Shown: in pieces, positions 13,229 to 25,700 of the stretch
Numbering within the stretch: the stretch's first letter is position 1
How the letters are laid out: each line of letters begins with the position of its first letter
NCBI GenBank assembly: GCA_964016885.1
Contig: OZ024741.1
Span: 124,496,001-124,560,000, forward strand
Reading direction: 5' to 3'
From: Eledone cirrhosa
Lineage: Eukaryota
Length of the DNA stretch: 64,000 bases
The notes under the pieces: model-generated
Told to the model about the DNA's origin: nothing
What the model saw: the letters and a program-made list of their open reading frames with translations, nothing else
Databases searched by the model: none
Program-made: the position numbers and the translations under genes

Positions 13229-15039
13229 ATATTGTATTGTTTATTATACATTACATTTTGCTCTGGTACTTACATAGAGCACTCTTCACTTCTATGACTT
13301 TTTCAATTTTCAACGGAAACTTCAATATTTATATATATATATATATATATATTAAACTGCTAACACATAAACGAGGAAATAGGATTTACTTATAATCGTC
13401 TCTATTCGTAGTCAATATATTTCCCATATTCGTGATTTAGTCGTAAAGTGCAGAAATCTCTGATCTCTGATGATTGAAGTATGTATAACGATTGAATAGG
13501 AAACATTAATAATGGTATTATTTATCTTCTAAAGTAAGACTATATATAAACACATCATTCCACATCAGAAATGGCGTTATGATTGAAAATAAAATTTCAT
13601 ATATATATATATACGTGTGTGTGTGCGTGTGTGTGTGTATATGTATGTATGTAAGTATGTATGTACATGTGTGCATTCACACATACACACAATATATATA
13701 TATATATATGGTGTGTTTATGTAGAGATACTCATATATATAATTTAAAATGTATATAGTAAATATAGGAAACAAATATATTTTGCTCTCACTAACAACAA
13801 TTTAGCAGTTATTTTTACTATATTTTCCGATTCATTGTATTTCTCTATATATGTAAAGCACAAAACTTTACACACGTTTGCTCATTATTTCTAACACGTC
13901 AGGAAAAAAATATATTTAACTCCAAATAAATAACATTCGTACTTACTTTCTCCCCGGAGACTATTGAAGTGGATATATATATATATATATTTGAATGGTC
14001 GCTAAATTTAGCCTCCATCAAGCTAATGTTTGAAAATAGAGTATGTATATACTTGTTAACCTTACATTTCTGATATTTATATTTCAGATAGTTTTAAAAC
14101 AAGTTATTTATTGATAAATGTGATTCGAAGACGCTTTCCTTTTGTTACATTCCTTTTACTGAATTGAATTTGGTTGTATAATGGACCTCTGTCGGTTTCA
14201 CGAGGAATATTTCAATTGTTTGATCAACATATTAACATGCTCCTGAAATTAATCTGTAACTGACGATTCCAGATACGATTGCACCGTTAATGTGATTCAC
14301 CGTGACTTAATACGTGACAATTCAGAAACATCGAATTACAGGTATACTTCAGCCAACCATCTTCCAAATACAGACTCTGTCTATCCAGTTTCACGCACAC
14401 GCCATGGGTTAGCTCGGGCCATATTAAATTGCTGTTGCCCTAGACGTGACGCCTACTAATTGCGAAGCGAACTTGTTAACCATTCGGCTATTGTAAATAT
14501 GATCTTACTTGTTGTTTCGATAGAGAAAGATAGCAGTTATTTAAGGATAATAGAAGGAACGTCATCATAATACGTTGTTTTTTTAGCCGGGAATTAGGAG
14601 ATAGGTACAGCTTGTCAAGTGTGGAAAGGGTGATGCGTTTTCGAAAATTAGGTATAGGAAATATTATTTCTACCCTCGATTGTGAGGAAGAAACTACGAA
14701 TTACCCGATTTTTCAGGATATATCACACACACTTGCTTTGACGTCCAAATCTTTTGAGCAAGAGTTAATACAGGGCTGCTCAGTTATTTGAGGACTGTTG
14801 CGTCAATAAATCAGGAAAGGTGAGCTTTTTCTTTCAGAAGTTAATGCCATCAATAATCTTGATACATTTATTGGCGCAGCTACTCAATGCATCTGTCGTT
14901 AACATCGATATACTACTTCAATACGTGGTCTGAATCGCTAACATACATGAATCATATTATCGTTATGTATTTTGGACATTGTGCTAGTTATGGTGTACAT
15001 TAGAGATATAATAGTGTTGTGGGAGCTTTAATTTCGACT

Positions 15040-15340
15040 TTGCCACATTCATAGTAGTCCAAAGAATTCAGGTATGGAGAGTTAGGGGACCATATGCTTT
15101 AGGTAACTTGATAGTGCTGTTTGTACGTCACCTGTTCGTGGTTCGACTTAGACATATAAGACGACACATATCCTTCGTGGAAGGTGTACGATCTTCCCTT
15201 GCTCATACTCCCTATCCAAAACCGCACAGCCCTCTCCAACACCTGCTTATAATCAGCAGAATTGACCCATATGCATTGACGAAAGAGTTGAGGAAACATA
15301 ACACCTCCCATTTTGTACACGACTCCAAGAGCCATCAGAG
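15040..15340 (-). pseudogene. Degenerate Tc1/mariner-superfamily transposase fragment
   Basis: LGVV...VNSADYKQVLE..V.FWI...GRSYTF followed by WSPNSPYLNSLDY (cf. WPPNSPDLNPLDY). Confidence 0.7.
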
Positions 15341-16950
15341 TTGCCAGAACCTCTTTAAGGTCTCTGCATAACCATCTGTCATTCCGTCAATTGAGCTTTT
15401 GGTCCTGATAAAAGTATTTTCTTATAAAGAAACAAATCCCTCAATCAATCCAGATTCTTGGTGTTTCAGGCTTCTCGACAACCGCTTTGTGCGGATCAGA
15501 CGGTAATCCTTTTATTTACAGGCCTGTATTCTCCTCTCCGCATGATATACATATATCATGCATGATGACCTATACAATATACATATATTGTATAGGTCAT
15601 CATGCACAACTAATCATGCACAACTAATTCTTTAGTTTCTTAGCACTGGTGCTAATTTACTTTCTGGGTTACTTATCGATAATTTTCTGCCCCTTACGTA
15701 CATGGTTTGGTGTTCTGAAGTTACTAGAAGACTTAGTAGGCAACGTATGTTTGGCTACTGCTGTAGATCACCCGTCACTGGTTTCCAACTCTTTTCGAAA
15801 TTTGACAATAAACGACCATGCAACTTTCAGAAAGTACGAAATCTCTAAATCAGAATTCTGTGCCTTGAAGGTAACGATTACTGCGTGTCTTTTCATTTGG
15901 TGAGTTAGCTTGATGTATGTCATTTATCTGAAAAGAAATGATAATCAATAATCAGAAGAAGCTGGAAAAGTGTTAGAGCTATTAAGAGACATGTCTTCAA
16001 AGAACTGAACAACCCTTTATATATGTACACTTATAAGATACGTTAGTTGTATAGGAGGCGGCAACTTTTTGCGATTGCATTTTGTGGGAAAAATTGTGCG
16101 TCTTCTATATCAAATTTTATAGTGATACGCTAAATTTGTGATTGTTCACCGGAAATATGCGATAAAAAAAGCAGGTGGAAAGTTCTCCAATAAAATAATG
16201 TTTTAGGCAAGGTATAAAAGTATTCATTAGAAGAGGTTATTAAAATACATAAATGAAAAAAAAAAAGGATTTACAGTAGAGCTTACTTGATTTATCTTTT
16301 TACAATCTAAAATATAACAGTAAGCCCGGAGGAAATGTAAAATTAAATTCCAATTAGAAGTCAGTACGGATACATCATTCATTGTATATCTCCAAACAGA
16401 CATATCTAAAGAAACAATTTTAATTATATTTAAATACACAGCAAATGGCTATTTGGATCTTATACTGTGATGTTTAAAATGTAGCTTTTGAAGGCAATGA
16501 TCTGACCACTCCGTGTGTAATTATATTATATTCATTAAATGAAGATTCTTGCCTGCCCACCAGAGACTGCGTTATATCTAACCAAAAGTAAGTTATTCGG
16601 TAAACAATTACATAACAATTTTCTATTTAGAATTGTAATTAGAATTCTCATCTGTTAAATAACATGGACATTCATTTTCCCCGTGTTAGTTTATGTCGCT
16701 CCAGACTATTTAACCAATCGTATTGGTATTATCTTGTTTACAATAACAGATATAGCATAATGTACACGAACAAAAATAGCAGAATTCTAGATTTGTTATA
16801 AAGAGAATAATAGACAGAGAATTTACATTTCCACTGTGGTAGATGTGACATGATCACAGCTTAAAATACCAATATTAAACCATATGTATTTTTTTATTAA
16901 TATTCATAATCCTTTTTTATATACATTCATATACACCTTTACAAAAATAA

Positions 16951-17129
16951 GTGTTTCTACTTTTGGCACAAGGCCAGCAATTAACAAGCACATTACTGGT
17001 ACTTTATTTTATTGACCCCGTATGGATGAAAGGCAAAGTTAACCTCAGCGGGATTTGAACTTAGGTCGTAAAGGGACGTAACTATGCTGGAAAGCAATTC
17101 CGACCCTCTAGCGATACTGCCAATTCACC
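16951..17129 (-). mobile_element. tRNA-derived SINE
   Basis: A box TGGCAGTATCG and B box AGTTCAAATCC on minus strand; TSD TTTACAAAAATAA; many sister copies in window. Confidence 0.85.
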
Positions 17130-18844
17130 TTTACAAAAATAATGAGTTGAAGGACGATATCAAAGATGTAAATCAATATATTAATATTTTGGTAAATAAA
17201 ATATTAATAAAAAGAAACTTATCAACACGGAAGTGAATTTAAAACATACAACTGTATAACTATGTAAGAGAATTTTTATATATTTTTATATTAACTAAAT
17301 ATCAGCTGGTGCTGAAATTTTTAAATGATTAATGCACAATAATATATTATTAGATCATGGTGATTAATACATATTGAAACTTGAGAAACATTATATTAAT
17401 ACGGAATTGAATTTATGATTTATTTTATTCATTATATTACATTAATTAAATTATAATGTATATTTTCGTAAAGCTAAATTAGCACTGGTTGTAAATTATA
17501 ATGTACGTGATAATTACGTGATACAATTAGACGTGTAAATGAAACTTATTAATGCGGAATTGAATTTACAATTTATGACATCCGTATAAAAATTTAATTA
17601 CATTCTCTTTAGATTTGAGTAAATATAAACTTGCGAAATATACTACTTGAAATTGAATAATAAGTAATGAAGTAACAGCTATAAAGTAATATTTTTATTT
17701 ACGAAATTCATAGCAACATTTCAGTATTACAAAAAAATTATGGGATAAGAAATTATAAGCAACAATTTAATAACAACCCATAAATTAATTTAAAGCAAAT
17801 TATATATATTACTGCCAATACAAATCAAATACATTAGCAAGTTTGATTTATTATGAAATATACTTTGTTTTATTATAAACAAATTGTTTTGTATTTTTTT
17901 CTAAAATTTTGAAACAATTAAAACGCTTTGTTGTTGGAAGTATATAACATGTGCGGCGTTAATTTCTGTTACGTCTCCTATGTAGGATGTTTACACGCAT
18001 GAAATATGCAGTGAAGTACCTAGATATTTGCCTAATGCAGCATTACAAAGCAAACAATAAATTTGAGTTGCCTAAATGTTTTCGAAGACTAAGCTTCATC
18101 ATCTATATTCAGTTAAAATGTATTCAAACACTTAGTTATTTGATTGATGGAAGAACTAAAATAAAACCTGTCATGATATAGCAAGAATTAGAATTTTATT
18201 TCAATGATAGTAAAGTATATTTATTATTGCACGGCAACAAATTAAACATGTTGGTTTTAAACAATCATAAAATTGTGTATCGTTTGCCCTATACATACTT
18301 TCAAAATTGTGTGACCACAAATAAAAAAAATCAACATCTATACGAATCATAGAATGGTTTCTACAAATAGATACTAACAATTGCACACTAACATATTTAT
18401 TTATGTTTTTAAAATAAGTATACATTATCTATATCGGAGCTAGTAGACATGAGAAGCGCAGTGAACATATCTCACTAAAGAGAGATGTAGTATGTATATT
18501 GTGCTGTGGGCTTACGTATGTTTTGTTTGTTGTAACTATTTTAAACAGCATTATTTTAGGTTAACTGACGTAACTATTAGTTTTAAACTACCATGTATAT
18601 TCATATAATAGTCGAATTTTTAATCTGTTTATTTATTTTACAATTTATGGTGTCAACTTTAACATAGATACTACATTTGAAAGGCTGAGATTCACACCGA
18701 AATTTGTATCAATAAATGGAAGCCTAAAAGATATTTAAATGAATAAAAAATAAATCATATGAATTACATTAATAATACCATTGATTGCAACCGTTAATAT
18801 GCATAAGGTAAGTATATACGTTCAATAATCTGGCAGGAAGGTAT

Positions 18845-18887
18845 ACGTTGCTGACGATAGCTAATAAGCTTGAAACTAGTACAGCGT
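18845..18887 (+). ncRNA. Minimal type I hammerhead ribozyme
   Basis: ACGTTG-CTGACGA-TAGCT(aata)AGCTT-GAAA-CTAG-TA-CAGCGT. Confidence 0.88.
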
Positions 18888-19490
18888 TCCTTTGTCAATG
18901 TTGAACAAACGAGCAGCGATGGTTGCTAGACACTACGGCTTAATACGGGATGTTTGTTTACAAACACACCGAGCATTATAATAGATGTTCGGTGAATCCA
19001 TACGTACATATATATGTGTGTGCATGTATGTATATATATATACATACTACTGTACATCTGTATACATATATGTATGTACGTGTACATACTTATATTTAAG
19101 TAACAGCCGTACTAAGAGTGGGAAATTTAATTTCGTTTCATTTTTTCCGTTTATCGATGGTTGCTAGACACTACGGCTTAATACGGGATGTTTGTTTACA
19201 AACACACCGAGCATTATAATAAATGTTCGGGGAATCCATACGTACATATATATGTGTGTGCATGTATGTATATATATATACATACTATTGTACGTCTGTA
19301 TGTACGTGTACATACTTATATTTAATTAACAGCCGTACAAAGAGTGGGAAATAAAATTTCGTTTCATTTTTTCCGTTTATCGTTTTCGGTGCACCCGGCC
19401 GATTAACCCACTCGATATGCAAATTGGGCTACTCAGCCGGTAATATCCATAAGGTAAGTATATACGTTCAACAATCTGGCAGGAAGGTAT

Positions 19491-19533
19491 ACGTTGCTGA
19501 CGATAGCTAATATGCTTGAAATTAGTACAGCGT
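19491..19533 (+). ncRNA. Minimal type I hammerhead ribozyme (second copy)
   Basis: Same motif with stem III TTAG and a stem II substitution. Confidence 0.8.
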
Positions 19534-19800
19534 TCCTTTGTCAGTGTTGAACAAACGAGCAACGATGGTTGCTAGACACTACGGCTTAATACGGGATGTT
19601 TGTTTACAAACACACCGAGCATTATAATAAATGTTCGGTGAATCCATACGTACATATATATGTGAGTGCATGTATGTATATATATATACATACTACTGTA
19701 CGTCTGTATATATATATATGTATGTACGTGTACATACTTTTATATATATGTATATATATAAATGTATGTATATATGTATGTATATATGTGTGTATTTATG

Positions 19801-19905
<105 letters not shown>

Positions 19906-20947
19906 CCAACGATTTCTACTAAAGATATACCTTTACCATCTAAAGAAGAATACATGAGAAAACTTATTGTACAAACCAACTCCCTCATAAGAAAATGCGG
20001 TGGCGTGCTTTTCATTTTGAAAAGAAAAATGAAACAAATAGGAAAAACACCAACCATAATTTCGAGAATATTTTTAAATCTAAGAAAAATCCTCCTTACA
20101 ACAAACTCTTGGAAAATTTCGAAAACGAAAGTTTTAATATATTAAGGAATATAAAATTTAATAAAAACCCATATAGAGACCAAGAATACCTTAGATGTCT
20201 AAGGGAAAAAATTAATGACATAAAAAAAGTAAATAAAGTATTAGTGAAAGCAGACAAACCCAACAACCTATATGGGATAGAAAAAACAAAATATAATGAC
20301 TTAATTTTAAAAGAATTGAGAAAAAATTACAGAAAAGCCTCGAGTGAGGATTTATTGGATATCAATAATGATGCTTTTGAAATTATCACCAATCTCGGAA
20401 TAGAACGGAAGACCGAACCTCTCATACCAAGGCAACCGCGGATAAATTTTAAAGTCCATAAAAGAAATTTCGAAGTGGACTTACCTGTTAGACTTAGCGC
20501 ACCTTCGAAATCTGACCTTGGAATAATTAGTAAAAACATAATAGATAGGATTTTGCCAACGTTAAAATTGAGGTCAAGGCTTAACTTATGGAAGGGCACT
20601 AGTGAAGTCATAGATTGGTTCAATATTATCGAAAATAAGAAAAATCATAAATTCATTCAAATGGACATAACCTAACCTATTAAATAAGGCGCTTTCATAT
20701 GCATATAAACACACGGATCTATCTAGTGACGAGATTAATATTATTTTAATGGCAAGGCGAACCTTGATTGACTTTAATAATGATTTTTGGACTAGATATG
20801 ATGGGCATTACTATGGGCTCGTCCGATTCGGCACAAGTTGCCGATCTTGTGGGAATTTTCATCCTTAACATGATAAATAGAAAACTGCCGGAGATTACTG
20901 GTGGTTTATATAGAGACGACATATTATTTACTGTAGTTAGACATAAT

Positions 20948-21127
20948 TGTTTCTACATTTGGCACAAGGCCAGCAATTACCCAGTACATTACTGGTAATT
21001 TATTTTATCGACCCCGTAAGGATGAAAGGCAAAGTTAACCTCGGCGGGATTTGAACTCAGATCGTAAAGGGACGTAACTACGCTGGAAAGCATGTCTGAC
21101 CCTTACCAATACTGCCAATTCACCGCC
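20948..21127 (-). mobile_element. tRNA-derived SINE inserted in PLE2 RT
   Basis: Same family as 16951; 17-bp TSD CTGTAGTTAGA(C/G)ATAAT at 20931-20947 and 21128-21144. Confidence 0.9.
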
Positions 21128-21789
21128 CTGTAGTTAGAGATAATAATAGCGAATTAAATAGAGTAAAGAAAGAAATTATAGAATTCTTTAAAAATTATGT
21201 CCTGAAATTAGAAGTAGAAAATAATAAAATAGTTAACTTTTTAGATGTAACTCTTAATTTAAACTCAGGTCTGTATTACCCCTTCCATAAACTCAATGAA
21301 AACTTAAAGTATGTTAGCTTTTACTCTAATAATCCTAAAAGTGTTAAAAATACAATAGTGAATAGTGTCAAACAACGAATATCCAGACTATCTGCTAATA
21401 GATATATTTTTAATAGTAAAGCTGGATATTATAACGATGCGTTACATAAAGCAGGATATAAAAATAATATTGAATATGTATAAAAAAACAATATTAATCA
21501 TAAACACTGTATTCATAATAATAAGAATAAAACTTGGGGAATAAATAGGGGAAACAAATTAGGACTAGATCTATAATTTGGTATGCTCCACCAGCATCTT
21601 TAGCTATTAAAACACCTATAGCACATTTATTTATAAAGCCTTGGATAAATGTTTCCCTAGATCACATAAGTATTACTTCATCTTCAATAGAAACACAGTT
21701 AAACTCTCTAATTCAACAACTTCGAATATCGCTCAAAATATTCCAAAAATTACTAGACAAATTCTTAATTTGAATCTTCATATAATTAG

Positions 21790-21815
21790 CGATAATAACA
21801 ACAACAATAATAATA

Positions 21816-21864
<49 letters not shown>
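21790..21864 (+). repeat. (AAT)n microsatellite encoding poly-Asn; target site of nested elements
   Basis: Direct reading; further AAT tracts at 26368-26406, 29370-29400 and 34350-34387. Confidence 0.95.
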
Positions 21865-21867
<3 letters not shown>

Positions 21868-22780
21868 AGACGCACGAGGTGACGGAGGTCATGAAATCGC
21901 TCCCGTAAGTTTTGAATTTTTAACATATTTAAACCATTTGTGAAATAACAACTCTTAGTACAAATGCTACGTAAAGCACCCGGCTTGAGCCCCAAAAAAT
22001 TCGGACCCAAAATATATTGTTATAAGGCTCAAATATTCAAATATTCAACTTTGTATTGTACACTGTATATCCAAAAAAGAAAATGGCTATAAATGGAAGA
22101 AGAACCCCCCCCCCTCCTCCTCTGTATACACTATATAGAACAGCCAAACTCACCAACACCAGAAACTAGATACACCACCCACCCTATCACCTGTGTACAC
22201 TAAACCACCACCGATCACTACGGCCATCATTACAACCATTATCCCATCACCGCCGCCACCACCCCTTCACTCCTTCACTGCTGCCACCGCTACAGCACCA
22301 TCGCTACAGTAATACGGTCACATCACCGCCACCACTGCCTCGGTATCGACATCACCACCACCACTGTCTCAGTATCGCTACCGCCGCCAGTCTCCCACTT
22401 CTTCTTTTAGCTGGCTGCTGCCACCACATTATAGAATCCCTACTGCTAAAAAAGAGGAAGGCATCAAAATATATAGATAGACTCAAAAGAAAAAAGAAAA
22501 AATAAACAACAAAAGCAGCACAGCAACAACAGTAAAAAACGAGAAAAACAGAGAAAAACAAAAACAAAAAAAGAAACCCCCAAAACGTAAAGAAAATAAG
22601 AATGAAGAGAGAGGCAGGCGGACGGACAGAGAAGAGGGGGGAAAAAGTAAAACTTAAAAAACAAAAACTAAGTCAGACATTCGAATACTACATTACAATG
22701 AAACTTATGCTTATTCATTTTTGGGGCCCTTTCTGCCCGTGTGTTTGTTTGTTTATGTGTGTCCGTATACAGCGTGGTGA
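21865..22780. repeat. Unclassified non-coding repeat module, copy 1
   Basis: Clearly similar to 29401-30360 (GCACGAGGTG..GGTCATGAAATCGCTCCCGTAAG.., CACTATATAGAACAGCCAAA, CCA-rich tract). Confidence 0.7.
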
Positions 22781-22784
22781 TAAT

Positions 22785-25700
22785 GCCACACAAGGGCCAA
22801 GTGGGATGGCGGATCCACAGATGGCTATGTAAACATACATTCGCCAATCCTCGATAAGAGTGTTTAAATATCGAACATAAACAGTTCGAATAACGGTGAA
22901 ATGGAGACTAGAACGTCATGTGACAGACTCTCACCCAACAGGTGCCCCCTGGCTCAGCAGCAGGAACCTGACTGTCAACGAAATACTGCTGATGTTGGAG
23001 GAAGAAGAAGAAGGAAAGGGGCCAGAACCAACTGGACGAAAGAATTGAATAGAACTGTTATGCAATGCTACCTGAAAAGTAACCCCAAGGAGAGGGGCTA
23101 CAGGAGACGGATGCATAACATCTGGAACGAGATTGGTTTATTTAAATTAGATGAACAAAAATTGGCCGGGCAGGCTCGGGTAATAAGAACTAATGGGTGG
23201 ATAAGCGAGCTGGAACTGGAGGAACTGAGCAGAGAGAATGGCTTGGAGATGGCGGGTGTAGTATGCCAGACAAGCGAGCCGGCGGGAAATGAAGGTGAGG
23301 AGGTCCTGAGAGCGGAGGAACCACCCGAAGCAGACAATGATCTGAATACTGAGATAAATAATACCTGGAACAGAGATACGGCCACTGAGGAGATGAATGC
23401 TGACGGGCTAGGACAAGATTCGGTTGACATCCTAAATTTAGTGGTAGATGAGTTGAACAATGATAGTGGGAGACCTATGAACCTAAGATTTGTAGACAGG
23501 AAAAAGTTAAAAGAAACAACAGCTAAGGTAAACAAAGTCATCCCATACCTTGAGGCGAGGAGTCTTCACCAGTGCAACAATATCCTCAAAGCAACAGCAA
23601 ATACGGTGAGGAAACTACTTGGTATAAAAGCGAGAGGAAACAACAGACAAGAAAGAGCAGAGCCGTGGTGGAAGAAGCGACTGAGTGGGCAAATCGGGGA
23701 AATGAGAAATGACATAGGAAAGCTTGAGTCACTACTGAATGGGACACTAAAAAACATAGGCACTAAAAATAGACTGGAAATAAAATACAAAACTAGGAGT
23801 AAAAAGCTAAATATTATCATAGAGGAATTGAAGCAACGCATTGTAGCAAAGAGTGCCAAAATCAGGCGATACGAGAACAGAGTCAGTCAGTATAAACAGA
23901 ACCGCATGTTCGACAACAACCAGAAGATGCTGTTTGGACAGCTTGAGGGGAAAGAAAGAGGCACCGACTTGATCCCTGGGGCGGAACAAGCTAAAACATT
24001 CTGGAGAGGAATATGGGAGCAGGATGTTAGACACAATGCCCAGGCAGGGTGGATTGAGACAGTACAGAGGGAGATCGGTGAGCAGGCACAGCAACAGACT
24101 GATTTGAGTATCACAGTTGAAACTCTTAAGGGGCAAGCCAAAAAACTAACCAACTGGAAATCACCAGGCCCAGATGGTGTGCAGGGGTATTGGATTAAAC
24201 ATTTAACATCCCTCCACCCGAAGCTGACGGCCATGTTCAATGACTGCTTGGTGTCGGGTGAGGTGCCAGAGTGGTTGACAAAAGGTACCACAGTTCTGAT
24301 AATGAAAGACCGAATCAAGGGTAATGATGTTACCAACTATAGACCTATCACATGTCTGCCCGTAATGTGGAAACTGTTGACGAGCATTGTGTCTGAGGAA
24401 ATCTACCATCACCTCCACACAAACAACTTGTTGCCGGACGAACAGAAAGGATGCCGAAAGAAGTCACGTGGTACAAAGGACCAGTTGCTTATTGATAAGA
24501 TGGTAATGGGGAATTGCAGGAGGAGACACACTGATCTTGCCATGGGATGGATAGACTACAGAAAGGCATTTGACATGGTGCCTCATTCCTGGATCACCAA
24601 AAGCCTGGAGATCTTCAGGGTGGCAGATAACATCAGAGAGTTGCTGGGCAGGAGTATGGGGTCCTGGGAGACAGAGTTGACATCAACTGGAGTATCCTTG
24701 GGAAGCGTGAAGATCAAGAGAGGTATCTTCCAGGGAGATAGCCTGTCCCCTCTGTTGTTTGTCCTTGCCCTGATGCCCTTGACCATTATGCTGCGAAAAG
24801 TGAGAGCAGGATACAAGTTGGGAAGGGGAGAGCTTACCATCAATCACCTCCTCTTCATGGACGATCTTAAGCTCTTCGGGAAAAGTGAGAAGGAGTTGGA
24901 TGTGCTTGTTGACACTGTCCGTATTTTCAGCAGTGATATATGTATGCAGTTTGGTATTGGTAAATGTGGAGTCATTGTGATGAGGAGGGGTAGGTTGAGC
25001 AGAAGTAACGGGATCCAGATACCAACAGGTGAGATGATAAAGGAAATTGACTCTGAGGAAGGATACAAGTATTTGGGCGTTCTGGAGGCTGATGGCATAA
25101 AGAACAAAAAAATGAAGGAATTGTTAAGAACTGAATACATTCGGAGAGTAAGGAGCGTATTGAAGTCACATCTGAACAGCAGAAATGCCATAAGCGCAGT
25201 AAATTCCCGAGCTGTGTCTATTATTAGGTACAGTGCGGGAATTCTGAGATGGAATGTTGCTGAACAAAAAGAAATGGATAGGAAGACTAGGAAGCTATTG
25301 ACTATCTACAACATGTTCCACAAGAGGAGTGATGTCGATAGACTCTACCTAAGGAGATCTGAGGGTGGAAGAGGTCTTATCAGCATAGAGGACTGTGTTC
25401 AGATGGAGAAAAACAACCTATACAAATACGTGACCTATAGTAAGGAGCCAATGCTCAGAGCTGTACTGAAGGAGGGGAGAGTAGGCCAGGGGATACCCAA
25501 GGAGGAAATAACATCAAGGAGGAAGAGCAGCCTTAAGGGAAAATCCCTTCATAGTACCTTCTTTGAGAAAACTGAATTTAGAGATCCACAGACATGGAAC
25601 TGGTTGAGAAGAGGAGACCTCAAAAAGGCTACAGAAGGAATGCTAATGGCTGCGCAGGAGCAGGCCCTCAAAACGAAGTGGTTGAAGCACCATATCTACA

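Larger units (their letters stand above)
10062..13330 (+). mobile_element. Penelope-like element 1 (Naiad-like), 5' truncated
   Basis: RT (FDIVDFY, SMG, YRDD at 10802-10813, NFLDI), WFxPP, CSCRVKSEC, GIY-YIG (YVG, CTLCISEK); long microsatellite-rich 3' UTR; HHR near 3' end; (TA)n both sides. Confidence 0.9.
18790..19740 (+). mobile_element. Retrozyme-like tandem repeat (~408-nt unit) with two HHRs
   Basis: Repeats starting CGATGGTTGCTAGACAC at ~18918, 19155 and 19563; HHRs at 18845 and 19491; no ORF; third copy at 48970-49720. Confidence 0.75.

Noticed and set aside
13940-16595. Several micro-exon-like AG..GTAAG segments (13945-13970 minus, 16285-16410 minus, 16564-16587 plus)
   Set aside because: Expected by chance in AT-rich DNA; inconsistent strands and no recognisable product.
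18790-19740. CRISPR-like or satellite interpretation of the tandem repeats
   Set aside because: Eukaryotic context, long units, no unique spacers.
22840-22870. TCCTCG resembling an HDV-ribozyme L3 loop
   Set aside because: P3 and P1 pairings required for the HDV fold are absent.
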